In this document: in pieces, positions 16,415-26,408 of the stretch
Layout of the letters: each line of letters opens with the position of its first letter
Position numbering within the stretch: position 1 is the first letter of the stretch
IMG/VR virus record: IMGVR_UViG_3300026549_000039
Location: 1-64,000 of that record
Direction: 5' to 3' (one strand)
DNA: 64,000 nt
DNA from: a virus
Lineage: Duplodnaviria; Caudoviricetes
Notes under the pieces: generated by a model
The model's input: the letters and a program-made list of their open reading frames with translations, nothing else
Told to the model about the DNA's origin: nothing
Databases searched by the model: none
Translations under genes and position numbers: made by a program

Positions 16415-16594
16415 TCAAGACAATACATCAATGTAATGCTGCCTGTAATCGTCCAGCTTCAGATGGTTTTCACATCTCGGGCAGCGAAAGTACTGCCTGC
16501 GAGATGATAACGCCCTTAGCCAGTTATCTCTTGCCCCTCCAGACAGCAGGAAGTCGCAATATGGACAGCGATCCATGCGTGGGTATCTTCGCAA
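16415..16594 (-). CDS. 59-aa zinc-ribbon protein missing from the ORF track
   Basis: Manual translation MRRYPRMDRCPYCDFLL...FRCPRCENHLKLDDYRQHYIDVLS; TTG start after GGCGGTGA, alternative ATG at 16576. Confidence 0.7.
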   Translation of the reverse strand: MRRYPRMDRCPYCDFLLSGGARDNWLRALSSRRQYFRCPRCENHLKLDDYRQHYIDVLS

Positions 16595-16624
16595 AGTAGA
16601 TCACCGCCATAGATGAAAATTTCG

Positions 16625-17248
16625 TCAGCTGATGGTAACTGTTACAGACTTACTATCCGTTCCGTTATTCGTGGTGACAACCACAACGAAGCTGAACGTC
16701 TGACCCGTAGTCAGCGTGTCAGGGACAGTTCCAGACACCTTTCCATCATTGCTAATAGACAACCAGTCAGGAGCCCCACTACCCAGAGTGTAGCTCAGCG
16801 ACGTGACACCAGTACCGCTGGTGTTATCAGCAACAGTCTGATACTCGAAAGCTGCGCCAGAAGCGACGGTAGCCGTATCAGGGCTGGTAATGCTAGGCGC
16901 AGGGGTAAGAATGGACGACGTGTTCATACCCAGCAGGCCTGCTTCCTGCTCAGCCTCAGACTTGTTGTTGGTAATCTCGGTGTCAATCAGGGCAATGATA
17001 TCCGGTGCAACAATGCGAATGTTGCGCTTGAGCCACAACGCCGCATACTTATTGAACGCCTGACTAATCAGATTGGCCCCTGTTGCGGGTTTCAGGGACG
17101 CCTGCATCGTAATGGTTAGATTAGTTTCAATTACAGAGTTTTCAAGGGCAAGAGCAGCATTGACAAGCCCCATGGCATCATCTCTGGCATTCAGCAGGTC
17201 CCTGTACTCAGTAATCTCTTTCAAGGATCTCGGATTCTCAACCGGCAT
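16625..17248 (-). CDS. virion protein with a C-terminal putative Ig (He_PIG) domain
   Basis: APSITSP...APDWLSISNDGKVSGT; GAGGTGA RBS. Confidence 0.85.
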   Translation of the reverse strand: MPVENPRSLKEITEYRDLLNARDDAMGLVNAALALENSVIETNLTITMQASLKPATGANLISQAFNKYAALWLKRNIRIVAPDIIALIDTEITNNKSEAEQEAGLLGMNTSSILTPAPSITSPDTATVASGAAFEYQTVADNTSGTGVTSLSYTLGSGAPDWLSISNDGKVSGTVPDTLTTGQTFSFVVVVTTNNGTDSKSVTVTIS

Positions 17249-17316
17249 TATTTTTTCACCTCTCTGTTTGTTATAGCGGGGGAGGCATACCCTCCCCCGC
17301 ACAGTTCTCTACTACA

Positions 17317-18258
17317 TCAAGCGCTTACAGTAATGGTGAGGGTCTCGGTGTCCTCGCCAGCAGGCGTGATCACCTTGAGTGTGACCGTGTACGGGCTGCT
17401 GGACTCCGTTCCAGCATCCGGCGTGCCACTGATCTCACCAGTCGCTGCGTCGATATCCAGGCCGCTAGGCAGCCCGGTAGCGCTCCAAGTGACCCCGACA
17501 TTGCCCGAGGGCAGGTTGCTGGCGCTGCACTGGAACGTGAACGCATCGCCCTCCCTGGCAGAAGCGCTCAGCCCACCATAGATAGTGGGAAGATTGGTTG
17601 CAGGCACAGACGGCGTGCTGACCTGCGCGATCGCAATCTGAAGAACCTTCTGGTCCTTACCAGCGACGTTCTTAGCGATAATGGTGACGGGGAACACCCC
17701 GGCCTTCGCCACAGTTCCGCTGATAATACCAGTGACGGGATCGATGGCCAGGCCATCAGGCAGGTTCTTCGCATCAAACGTGGTAGGTGCAGACGGATCA
17801 ATGTTGCTGTTAGCAGCAATGATGTAGTACGTAAGCGCCTCGCCAACATGAGACGTAGCCAGCAGCGGGCTGGTAATAACGGGCGCGGGGATAGCAGGCG
17901 GGGTAGCGCCAGGATCCATAACGGACAGATCAAGCTGGCTGTTGACCTCCGCCGCAGCCTGAAGCTGCTGCGCCTTGGTCATCTCCAACGCCTTCTGCAT
18001 GGTCCGGCTGAACATCTCATCGGCATTGTCCTTCAAAAACTCCTGGAAGAAGAAGTTAAAGGCCTCCGACGTATGAATGCGCGTGCTGGACCCGTCGTTG
18101 TACTGAACCCGAGGCACGGCAGTGACATCCGTTACGATACCCAGATTACCATCTTTATCAGGGGTGAACAGCATATTGGCGTATTTTCGAGCCTGCTCCT
18201 CCTGGGTCTGGATCTCGTAGAATTTCTGAGTCTCGGGGATAATCAAGCTATCAGCCAT
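17317..18258 (-). CDS. virion protein with two He_PIG Ig domains
   Basis: LPDGLAIDPVTGIISGT and LPSGLDIDAATGEISGTP; N-domain resembles 16625-17248. Confidence 0.9.
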   Translation of the reverse strand: MADSLIIPETQKFYEIQTQEEQARKYANMLFTPDKDGNLGIVTDVTAVPRVQYNDGSSTRIHTSEAFNFFFQEFLKDNADEMFSRTMQKALEMTKAQQLQAAAEVNSQLDLSVMDPGATPPAIPAPVITSPLLATSHVGEALTYYIIAANSNIDPSAPTTFDAKNLPDGLAIDPVTGIISGTVAKAGVFPVTIIAKNVAGKDQKVLQIAIAQVSTPSVPATNLPTIYGGLSASAREGDAFTFQCSASNLPSGNVGVTWSATGLPSGLDIDAATGEISGTPDAGTESSSPYTVTLKVITPAGEDTETLTITVSA

Positions 18259-18375
18259 CTTTATTTACCTCCTCGTTAATATCGTATTCCTAGTTTCTAG
18301 CGAGCCTTTGCTTTGGCGCTGCACAGTATCGGGAAGTACTGTATAACGCCAAGGACATTGTATCACATCCACACG

Positions 18376-21300
18376 CTAACTGGTCCTATTGTTTGTAGGG
18401 ATAACGCTGTAGACAACAGGCGGAGAGATCTGCCCCAATCCACCCTTGTATGTGAATATGGCCCTATTGTTATAGTATCTCTTTCCAAAATACTCTGAGA
18501 TATCCTCCCAGAACCCATCCTCTGTAAAGGTCCACGTATAGCCGTGAACCTCTGGCGACAGTAGTGTAGAGCTAGTCTTCAGGTTAAAGCAAACTGTAAT
18601 GTAAGACGAGTTAGTTTGGGCTAGTATTCGCAGCTCGTCCCAACAGGCACTAGACCATGTTGCCAACTCTGTATGCTGAGGAGCATTAGACATTTGCAGC
18701 ATGGTTGACTCTCCAGGAAGTGTGTCCCAGGTTAAAGTACTATTATTCCATGTTCGCCAAGCAGACGACCCATTAACGCTAAAGGCGACTTGAAGATTAG
18801 TCCCTGTTGGAACATCAGCATCTAGTGTAAATGAAGCTATGTTGCTGATACCGAACACCTGTAGAGATGAGGCATACTGAGCCTTGGAGTGAAAGAAGTA
18901 GGCCCTGTTAGTAGGATGCTCGTTATAGATGTTCAAACCTAATATTACACCAGTAAGTGTGAACAACGTTCCAAGACCAGCTACCTGGTTGCTGTCGTAT
19001 TCCTGGTGGTACTCATCGAAGTAGTCCTCATTAGACAGCACGACCTTATTTCGCACCGTAGGATCAAATACTCTACGCACCACTGAGCTAACGTAGCCAT
19101 GTCCAGTCCAAGTGATGGGCATGTCGGTCATAGCTAAAGGATCTGGCGGCTCTGGAACGGCTGTGTTACGCTGATAAACCTGCATCTTATCATCCAGGTT
19201 TATCATAGAGGACGAAAGCAGGGTCTCGGCATCGACTTCAATGTGGTACTTATACGAGCCTAGTGTACCAGACTGCACTATAGCCCTCTTCAGACCCTTG
19301 CCCATTTCCAGTTTCTCTTCCAGTGTGCCCGGTAGGGTATCAGTACCCCGCTCCGTAAGCACTGTGTCTGCACCAGGTATCAGTTCATAATATGGACCAA
19401 ACAGCCCGGTAGTAGTGGTGTCTGATGACCTAGCAGCTCTGCTCATGTTGTAGCACTCTACACCATACCTATAGTTTAGGCTACCCTTACACTTGACCAT
19501 CTCAATACTACAAGCCTGGTCTGCATAGATACCAGACAGTGTATTACCAGACAGGTCTACATTGTACAGGTAGGCTGTGCAGTTAAAGCTCATGTCTATC
19601 CCGTGTCTCTGCGACCTATAGATTGAGCAGTCTGTCATCCACAGTAGCGATCCCTGATGCAGTGTGATAGCGCTACCCACCACACTATCCAAATTCACAT
19701 GTGTCATAACCAGCACGTTCTCACCATGACAGTTGAAGAACGGTGGGAGATTGCTGCCCCTAGCCTGTGTTATATTTGCTACAGACACATAGCTGTTCAA
19801 GAAGTAGCCGGAGCCTGTTATGGATACATTATCCAGGTCCAGATAAGACCCAGAAAACCTAGCCATCTCAGTAATAGACCCCATGTGCATAATAAGAATG
19901 CCCCCATAGGAGCTGTACACAGTAGCGATATCACTACGCTCCAAAAACAGGTACGACCCAGAGTTTACTTCTAGCAGGCTAAAGGAGCACCTGTTTCCTC
20001 TCACTATCGCACCGTTAATCAGCGTAAACGGCGATCCCACAGACTCATTGGTGTATCGCACATGGTCTAATGTAGACGTACCACCAACCAGCTCCACCTG
20101 GTCCGCAAGGTCGCAGTCTGTAAATTCTGATACGCAGTCTATTAGGATAATCTGATGGCGTAGATCCCTACCGGCATACACTACAGTACTTACACGCCTG
20201 AGTGAGTAAACCGCATTCATGATAGAGTTATCCCACTCGAAATTGTTCTCTATCATAATCTCCAGTGCGACCATCTGTTTGCCGTTCATCCAGCCAAAGC
20301 ATGTGTCGCCCCAATTAGACGTTACCCTGTCATCCAGCTTCAAATTCTTAGCATGAACCCTGTAGATATGGTTGCTGAATATAGGTATGGAATCAAATGC
20401 TCGCTGTAGCGTCTTAAATGGGTTTATCTCCGAACCCTCAAAAGCGTCACTGCCAAGCTCACCATCAACCCAAATTTCATGAACCTGTACAGCATTGAAT
20501 GAGGTTTCTGGAGAGTATGCCTGTGCTAAGAACGGGTTTCGCATAACCACAACACGCTGTCCTGGTGCAAGATTGTAAGTAAACATCAGGTATGCCGCCT
20601 GTCCTACCATAACACGGTAGTCCTTATTCAGCAGCATCAGCTGGCCATCCCTAAACACAACAAGTTCAACGGGTGTCTTAACAGGCCATGGAAGGTCCAC
20701 TCTAGGCGTCCAGGCTTCGATGTCCGTATAGTATGCCGTATTGTCAAATGTGGGTGTGCCCACTGTTCTCCATGCCCCATTGTGGTAATAGTAATAGGTG
20801 CCTGTTGAAATTACAAAGCACTGTGCCCCTTCTGGTACATCTTCGTAATTATCCAGCTCATCTGATGAATAGACAGGTGGATATTGCCACTTCGCACCAG
20901 GCGCATAGCCAGGTCTGATGCTCCTCCAGTTTACTATATTCTCTTGTTCAATACGCACAACGCCTGGTTTAATTTTAACCAAAGCCAGGGGTACCCCATC
21001 ATGGGGTATCTCAGGGTAACCAGCACTAGGATGGGCATGAGCCCAAAACAGTTCGTGGTTGCCTAATACATTCTTCTTTATACACAGCAGGGACCAGCGG
21101 ATTGGATCAACGATTGAGGGATCACAGTCAGCTGTAGAGTACGCTGGTAGTATGGGGGACTCTACAGGGGCATCAAACTGTATGATGGTCCCATACCACT
21201 GGACTTTACCCTCCAACACAACAACCTTGTCGTCAGCTGGGTCGTGGGCTTTCACCGTCATTGAATCCAAACAGGCATCTGTGGTGCATCTTATCTCACT

Positions 21301-21432
21301 CACATGGTGGACTTTATCTGTAGTAGTATGCTGTGTCATGAACTCCGCAGCCATATCAGTCTCACGGATGTCCACAATAAACGCACGCCTAGTCCACTTC
21401 TCTAGTAAGAGTATTACGTCGTTTGGCCGCAC
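18376..21432 (-). CDS. tail fibre/spike with a pectin-lyase-like beta-helix
   Basis: VDGELGSDAFEGSEINPFKTLQRA cap motif; G[IV]x repeats. Confidence 0.8.
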   Translation of the reverse strand: MRPNDVILLLEKWTRRAFIVDIRETDMAAEFMTQHTTTDKVHHVSEIRCTTDACLDSMTVKAHDPADDKVVVLEGKVQWYGTIIQFDAPVESPILPAYSTADCDPSIVDPIRWSLLCIKKNVLGNHELFWAHAHPSAGYPEIPHDGVPLALVKIKPGVVRIEQENIVNWRSIRPGYAPGAKWQYPPVYSSDELDNYEDVPEGAQCFVISTGTYYYYHNGAWRTVGTPTFDNTAYYTDIEAWTPRVDLPWPVKTPVELVVFRDGQLMLLNKDYRVMVGQAAYLMFTYNLAPGQRVVVMRNPFLAQAYSPETSFNAVQVHEIWVDGELGSDAFEGSEINPFKTLQRAFDSIPIFSNHIYRVHAKNLKLDDRVTSNWGDTCFGWMNGKQMVALEIMIENNFEWDNSIMNAVYSLRRVSTVVYAGRDLRHQIILIDCVSEFTDCDLADQVELVGGTSTLDHVRYTNESVGSPFTLINGAIVRGNRCSFSLLEVNSGSYLFLERSDIATVYSSYGGILIMHMGSITEMARFSGSYLDLDNVSITGSGYFLNSYVSVANITQARGSNLPPFFNCHGENVLVMTHVNLDSVVGSAITLHQGSLLWMTDCSIYRSQRHGIDMSFNCTAYLYNVDLSGNTLSGIYADQACSIEMVKCKGSLNYRYGVECYNMSRAARSSDTTTTGLFGPYYELIPGADTVLTERGTDTLPGTLEEKLEMGKGLKRAIVQSGTLGSYKYHIEVDAETLLSSSMINLDDKMQVYQRNTAVPEPPDPLAMTDMPITWTGHGYVSSVVRRVFDPTVRNKVVLSNEDYFDEYHQEYDSNQVAGLGTLFTLTGVILGLNIYNEHPTNRAYFFHSKAQYASSLQVFGISNIASFTLDADVPTGTNLQVAFSVNGSSAWRTWNNSTLTWDTLPGESTMLQMSNAPQHTELATWSSACWDELRILAQTNSSYITVCFNLKTSSTLLSPEVHGYTWTFTEDGFWEDISEYFGKRYYNNRAIFTYKGGLGQISPPVVYSVIPTNNRTS

Positions 21433-21484
21433 CAGCCTTCTCCTCCTTTCTTACCACAATACTACTTTCCATGTGGTATCAAAC

Positions 21485-21742
21485 CTATGAGAGAAAGTAA
21501 CAGAGGTAGAATAAAAAGGTGATCAGCCCTATGCCAATAGGATAAAGCATAGAGAAGGTGAACATCCTCTTCCAGAAAGGGTCGGTCTCTATGTCCTGTG
21601 AGGTAGGCATCATCCTGCTGATTAGCCTGTTAAGCATCGAGTCAAACAGCGACTTCAACAGAGCATAGCTTATAGACCACCAAAAGAAGAACACAACGAA
21701 CACCGTAAACGCCTCTGTAATTCCCAAAATCCAACTTATCAT
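21485..21742 (-). CDS. small 2-TM membrane protein
   Basis: Two hydrophobic segments; AAAGGGGA RBS. Confidence 0.65.
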   Translation of the reverse strand: MISWILGITEAFTVFVVFFFWWSISYALLKSLFDSMLNRLISRMMPTSQDIETDPFWKRMFTFSMLYPIGIGLITFLFYLCYFLS

Positions 21743-21851
21743 TAGTACAATCCCCTTTCGAGAGACAAGTATAAGTTATATGCTGGTTATTCTACCATTC
21801 TGTGTGGTAGACTTGAAGCAGTAAGCACTGCCAAAGAGGAGGAGTTTCATT

Positions 21852-23885
21852 ATGGATGTGCAGGGATTGGCACTGCTTTTAGACCAGCAGGCCAAGGGTG
21901 AAATAGATGCTAGGCTGTGGTTCACATCTGATAATGGCGGTATCGCGAATACCACCAGGAACACTGTGTATGCTGTTGACCCTTTAAAGGATATATCCAC
22001 ACCGATGGAGTCAATGATGACGGTGCCGACAGACCCGCCGTCAAAGCGTCTCCATCTGATAGGTGGACACTTCTTTGCAAATGGAAAGCTGTACTCATTC
22101 CCTGGTATGGAGTCTGACCCAATCGTTATAGACGGGAATGTTGACACCTATGTACTGACTGGCGTGCGAATTGACCCATACACAGACTACACGAGCTTCT
22201 ACTGCGAGACGTACTACGGAGAGTGGCCTTTTATGGACCCGGCTGTAATCCCTTCCGCGCTGGTAAAAATACCAGCAGGGCAGGGTAAGATACTCAGCCA
22301 GTTCATAATAGACCTTCGACCTTTCATACACTACAACGTGTCTAGCGCGGAGGACAGGGTAGTTGTGGATGTAGCCTGCGTCAATCCTTACGAGAGTATT
22401 GCGTTCTCGCTTATCAGGAATCACAGGCTGCCCCCTATCATGAATTTCTACCAGAAAAGGCCGCCAGCAGGAACCAGCACTATCGTACATACGTTTGATA
22501 GTATGGACGCTATCACTGTGCTGACGAAGGATGAGCCTGAGTACGATGCTGATCAGAATGGTATCAGGCTGAAATACCACATGTCCACAATACCTGTAGA
22601 TATACCAACCGGACCTACAGTGCTGGTTGTGTCTGCTGAGTATGGTAGGGACTCAAATCCTGGCACCTATGATGATCCCATGGGCACCATAGAGGGTGCT
22701 ATAGACAGGCTAAACAGCAATGTATTATACGAAACAATCTTTGTTCTGGCCGGGCGGTACAGCCCAAAGAAAACGCTGAACATTACTAGACCTGTCGTAA
22801 TAATTGGGAAAGACCCACATACTTGTATTTTTGACCTGAAAGAGGATCGAGTATTTATAGATGCCACGGATAGGCTTACCATTAGGACCATGCAGTTCTC
22901 GTGGACCACACCAGAAACTGCTAACGTTCCTGATTTAATACAGGCTAAAGATGATGTACGCATCCTAAACTGCCTGTTTAAGCAGGCTTCTATAAATAGA
23001 GTAGCGCGTGTATTACAGTTTTATAAGAACAGCTGGATATCGAACTGCGTGATAGACAATCCATTCTCTACAGATCACCCTGGGTCTATTTCGGAGTTCT
23101 ATAGGCGTGCTCCAGGCTGGGATGCTACCACATATGTGGATAGGGTGGAAAACTGCATAATCACTGGGCAGTGGAACCAAGCGTTCATATCAGGCATTTC
23201 TACCAGGAACCTGATAGAGCAGAATGGCGACGTTTTGGATATTGAGGACCGGACGTACTTCTATCCTGCTGACAACAGCAAGGCTAGGGACTACGGACAC
23301 TCCTACCTGGTAGGATTAGACTTAGACAGCAGCCCGACAGATACTGGTCTGTACGGTGGGCAGTATGCTTCAGGGTCTAGGGTTAAGCAGTACTCTCTGT
23401 CGGACCTGCCTGTATTCAAGTACAAGATACAAACCATGTTCTCTCCTGTTATCGGGAGGTTTGTGAATGTAGTTCCCATCTACAGTAACTTCAATAATGC
23501 TGGTGAAGTGTATGGGGCTATATCGTTTGATGGCGGACATGTATGGGTAGCTTGGGACGAGCCTCTTGGGGCATGGCGAAAGATATCCTCTTTAGACAGG
23601 TTAGATATAGAGGGTAACACAGCCCATGATCTAGCTCAGAGGGTCATTAACATGGGTCCAATACCCACAAAAGGAGAGATATGCTTCGCGTGGGGATTAA
23701 AGACTACAAACAGGAAGCAGTCCCCTGTACTAAAAGGTGTTAGGTACATAGTCAAGGCTAATGGGGACAGCTTGGTGCCTCTCTATCCAGAGAATCAGCT
23801 GTCCGTTGTTGTAGCCGAGGATACAGTTATGGTTACCAATCTGACAGCGGAACGTATAACCGATCTTGTGATAGTTGCTTATTAA
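21852..23885 (+). CDS. tail fibre/spike with beta-helix, paralogue of 18376-21432
   Basis: GRDSNPGTYDDPMGTIEGAI cap; shared ALVKI and S.[DN]G..W..W...LKT....SP motifs. Confidence 0.8.
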   Translation: MDVQGLALLLDQQAKGEIDARLWFTSDNGGIANTTRNTVYAVDPLKDISTPMESMMTVPTDPPSKRLHLIGGHFFANGKLYSFPGMESDPIVIDGNVDTYVLTGVRIDPYTDYTSFYCETYYGEWPFMDPAVIPSALVKIPAGQGKILSQFIIDLRPFIHYNVSSAEDRVVVDVACVNPYESIAFSLIRNHRLPPIMNFYQKRPPAGTSTIVHTFDSMDAITVLTKDEPEYDADQNGIRLKYHMSTIPVDIPTGPTVLVVSAEYGRDSNPGTYDDPMGTIEGAIDRLNSNVLYETIFVLAGRYSPKKTLNITRPVVIIGKDPHTCIFDLKEDRVFIDATDRLTIRTMQFSWTTPETANVPDLIQAKDDVRILNCLFKQASINRVARVLQFYKNSWISNCVIDNPFSTDHPGSISEFYRRAPGWDATTYVDRVENCIITGQWNQAFISGISTRNLIEQNGDVLDIEDRTYFYPADNSKARDYGHSYLVGLDLDSSPTDTGLYGGQYASGSRVKQYSLSDLPVFKYKIQTMFSPVIGRFVNVVPIYSNFNNAGEVYGAISFDGGHVWVAWDEPLGAWRKISSLDRLDIEGNTAHDLAQRVINMGPIPTKGEICFAWGLKTTNRKQSPVLKGVRYIVKANGDSLVPLYPENQLSVVVAEDTVMVTNLTAERITDLVIVAY

Positions 23886-23900
23886 CAGCGGACAATAATG

Positions 23901-23937
23901 GGTGGGCGGGTCCATTCCTCTCAAAGACCCGCCCACC
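23901..23937. terminator. 12-bp hairpin between convergent genes
   Basis: GGTGGGCGGGTC/GACCCGCCCACC; no clear U tract. Confidence 0.55.
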
Positions 23938-24110
23938 GCCAAAGGAGTGCTTCTTGGTAAATGAGCACTACAAGTATAGCACAATAGCTATGCAGATGTA
24001 CGCTTACGTAAAACCATAATCCTACGCGCTACACAAATAACGACAAAGATACCATACAAGGCTGTCACAGCACCAAAACCATAAAACAGATAAATAACCA
24101 GCACCCCCAT

Positions 24111-24935
24111 CTAGTAATTTGTAATCAATACCTCGCGCCCTGTGCGTTTGCTGGCATCCCTGTTTACCAACCGTTTTGCTGTAAGGGATTCTATATTATA
24201 ACCAGCGTACAGCTCATGGACTAATGGCACGTCATTATTAGACAGCATCAGCAAAGCTCCCTTATAATCCAGTTCTTTGAACACTTTTGCTAATCGCTGA
24301 TGGTCTTCCAAGCCAAAGCCACCCTTCGTATAACGCACAAAATTTGCTGTTCCGCCTTCGGGCACATATGGGCTATCCAGGTATACAAAATCGCCGTCCC
24401 CTACATCAGATAGCGTGTCCTCGAAGTCACAACACCGCAATGTTATATCGGCAGACTGCAAGTACTCCGCTACAGCCGTCACCCCAGCTATATCCATCTT
24501 TACAGACTCATTGTTGTAGGCTGCGTTGAATAGTCCTTTTCTGTTTGTCCTATACAAACCATTAAAGCAGTGTTTGTTCACCCACAGCATTAAGGCAGCG
24601 CATTCCACATCCAGCTCATAAGAAGCTATTTTCTCATTGAACCTGTCCCTAAGATCTAGGTACATTGCTTTATCAGCAGGATGCTGGTTCAATAGTTCCA
24701 AAGCTGATACTACATCGGCAAGGTTCGCCTGTAGCTGTTTATACAGGTTGATAAGCTGCGGATTTATATCTGCTACAATAGCCCGTTTAGGCTGGAAATG
24801 AAACAGCACGGCCCCACCTCCAACGAAAGGCTCAAAGTAGCGTTTTATCCACTTAGGCATTTTATTCCTGATTGGCTCTAACAGCTGTGTTTTGCCGCCA
24901 ATCCATTTAAGAACAGGACACAGGTTACTACTCAT
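24111..24935 (-). CDS. dam: Dam-family (D12 class) N6-adenine DNA methyltransferase
   Basis: KWIGGK, EPFVGGGAV, DIN, CFNGLYR, YLDSPY, EVLITNY; GGAGGG RBS before ATG 24935. Confidence 0.93.
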   Translation of the reverse strand: MSSNLCPVLKWIGGKTQLLEPIRNKMPKWIKRYFEPFVGGGAVLFHFQPKRAIVADINPQLINLYKQLQANLADVVSALELLNQHPADKAMYLDLRDRFNEKIASYELDVECAALMLWVNKHCFNGLYRTNRKGLFNAAYNNESVKMDIAGVTAVAEYLQSADITLRCCDFEDTLSDVGDGDFVYLDSPYVPEGGTANFVRYTKGGFGLEDHQRLAKVFKELDYKGALLMLSNNDVPLVHELYAGYNIESLTAKRLVNRDASKRTGREVLITNY

Positions 24936-24970
24936 ACACCACACCCTCCCCCTTATACACGCACACGGAT

Positions 24971-25018
24971 AAAAAAAGAAACGGTCGGTAAGTAGTCGTC
25001 CCATCTACCCACCGACCG
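24971..25018 (-). terminator. intrinsic terminator just upstream of the methylase
   Basis: CGGTCGGT/ACCGACCG stem followed by TTTCTTTTTTT on the minus strand. Confidence 0.8.
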
Positions 25019-25240
25019 CTCCCCATCGAAAGAAAGGAAAATGAAAAGAAGGAGGATCGTCTGAACAAGTCCCATTGCGTATCGCGTCCGCTGCTGGAGG
25101 CTTGCCAGAGAGTATACACGCTCTTGGGTAGGTTGTCAAATGAGCAACCGTTTGAATATTCAGACTACTTTTATTTTTAACCCTGCCAGATTTTTGCCGA
25201 ATCACTATTAGCAAAAAGCCAGCAAGGGTTTTGTCTAACG

Positions 25241-25996
25241 CTAATCAATCTCGCTAGAACCATTAGAGGCCAAGAACTGATCCACCTTAGCATCTAGGTC
25301 AACAGCAACCTTTTTAAAACCAAAGGGTTGCTCGCAGGCTTTCTTTAGGTCGTCTCCGCTCTTATCAAGCCTGTAGATCAATGTGGATCGTCCAACACCA
25401 AGCCAGTTGGCCCAATCAGCAGACCTACCACTGACACCGCGATAGGTTATTATCTTTACGTTGTAGGTGTAATGCCTTTCGCCCTCCCCTTCAAGCCACA
25501 AGCCTCCAGTCTCAGCCCAGTAGCAGTTATCTGGACTAAACCCCAGACTGATGTCTTTAACAGCTAACTTGGTTATACCGTTGTCCTCGTTATAACCGCT
25601 AGTCTTGGCCCATTCTCTAAAGACTTTGAAACCAGTATCGGAACGCCACTCAGGGCATACAGTAACACCCTTAGCACCAAACCTCTTGTACCACCTATGC
25701 TCAGGGTCATAACAGCCATGCACCATACCATACCATCTACGGTAGAGCAGAGGATCATGACCTACACTTGTTCCCACCAATTTGCCCTTCCTGACCATGT
25801 ATCTCTGGCATCCACAGGATTTAGCCCTACCAGATATCAGGTTAGCCCTTGATACCGACGTTTCCTTACCACAAGCACACTTGCACACCCAAAACTTATG
25901 TGATTTGGTGCTACGACTTTCATCAAGCCTAATAACTGTCAAATCACCAAACGCAATACCTGTCAAATCTTTAGGCATGTAATGTTTACCAGGCAT
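25241..25996 (-). CDS. HNH homing-endonuclease-like protein, possibly inactive
   Basis: DLTG..FG.LTV...WVCKCACG...SCGC; W..M...C...GVTVCPEW; FSPDNCYW. Confidence 0.8.
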   Translation of the reverse strand: MPGKHYMPKDLTGIAFGDLTVIRLDESRSTKSHKFWVCKCACGKETSVSRANLISGRAKSCGCQRYMVRKGKLVGTSVGHDPLLYRRWYGMVHGCYDPEHRWYKRFGAKGVTVCPEWRSDTGFKVFREWAKTSGYNEDNGITKLAVKDISLGFSPDNCYWAETGGLWLEGEGERHYTYNVKIITYRGVSGRSADWANWLGVGRSTLIYRLDKSGDDLKKACEQPFGFKKVAVDLDAKVDQFLASNGSSEID

Positions 25997-26000
25997 CGTC

Positions 26001-26192
26001 TTACAGAACCATCCTTTCTATGTACTCCAATAGCTGATGATCATCATTGTGATCATATGTATTCTCATGCTGTTCATCAGCGCAGCATTCCGCGCAGCAT
26101 TCCATGCCGGACTTTCTGTGTACAGTCTCTAAGTTGTTAAGGAATCGCTTAGCGAACTCATCACCCGTACTCCACATCATGCTACCCACCAC
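26001..26192 (-). CDS. small Cys/His-rich hypothetical protein
   Basis: Short ORF filling the gap before the HNH gene. Confidence 0.4.
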   Translation of the reverse strand: MVGSMMWSTGDEFAKRFLNNLETVHRKSGMECCAECCADEQHENTYDHNDDHQLLEYIERMVL

Positions 26193-26263
26193 CTGTATAA
26201 GTGTAAAAAAATCCCCCCGATGACCTTCAGAACTAGTGGCCTGTCCTAAAGGTCATCGAGGGT

Positions 26264-26292
26264 ATTGTATGGCATTTTGCTTACGTTGTCAA
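26264..26292 (-). promoter_or_regulatory. near-consensus sigma70 promoter
   Basis: TTGACA-17 bp-TACAAT on the minus strand. Confidence 0.8.
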
Positions 26293-26408
26293 GTATAAAT
26301 CACAGGGTAAAATCTGGCATGAATGTCAGCCATTCTCATCGCGTCTCTTCAGCATCAAGCCCAAACCATCCTCATAACGATGCGAAAATTACAAGATGCA
26401 TTTTGGAC

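Noticed and set aside
16440-16620. Structured ncRNA suggested by several inverted repeats
   Set aside because: Better explained by the zinc-ribbon ORF on the minus strand
18376-23885. Invertible tail-fibre switch of the Mu G / P1 C type
   Set aside because: No flanking inverted repeats or invertase seen, and both genes appear full length
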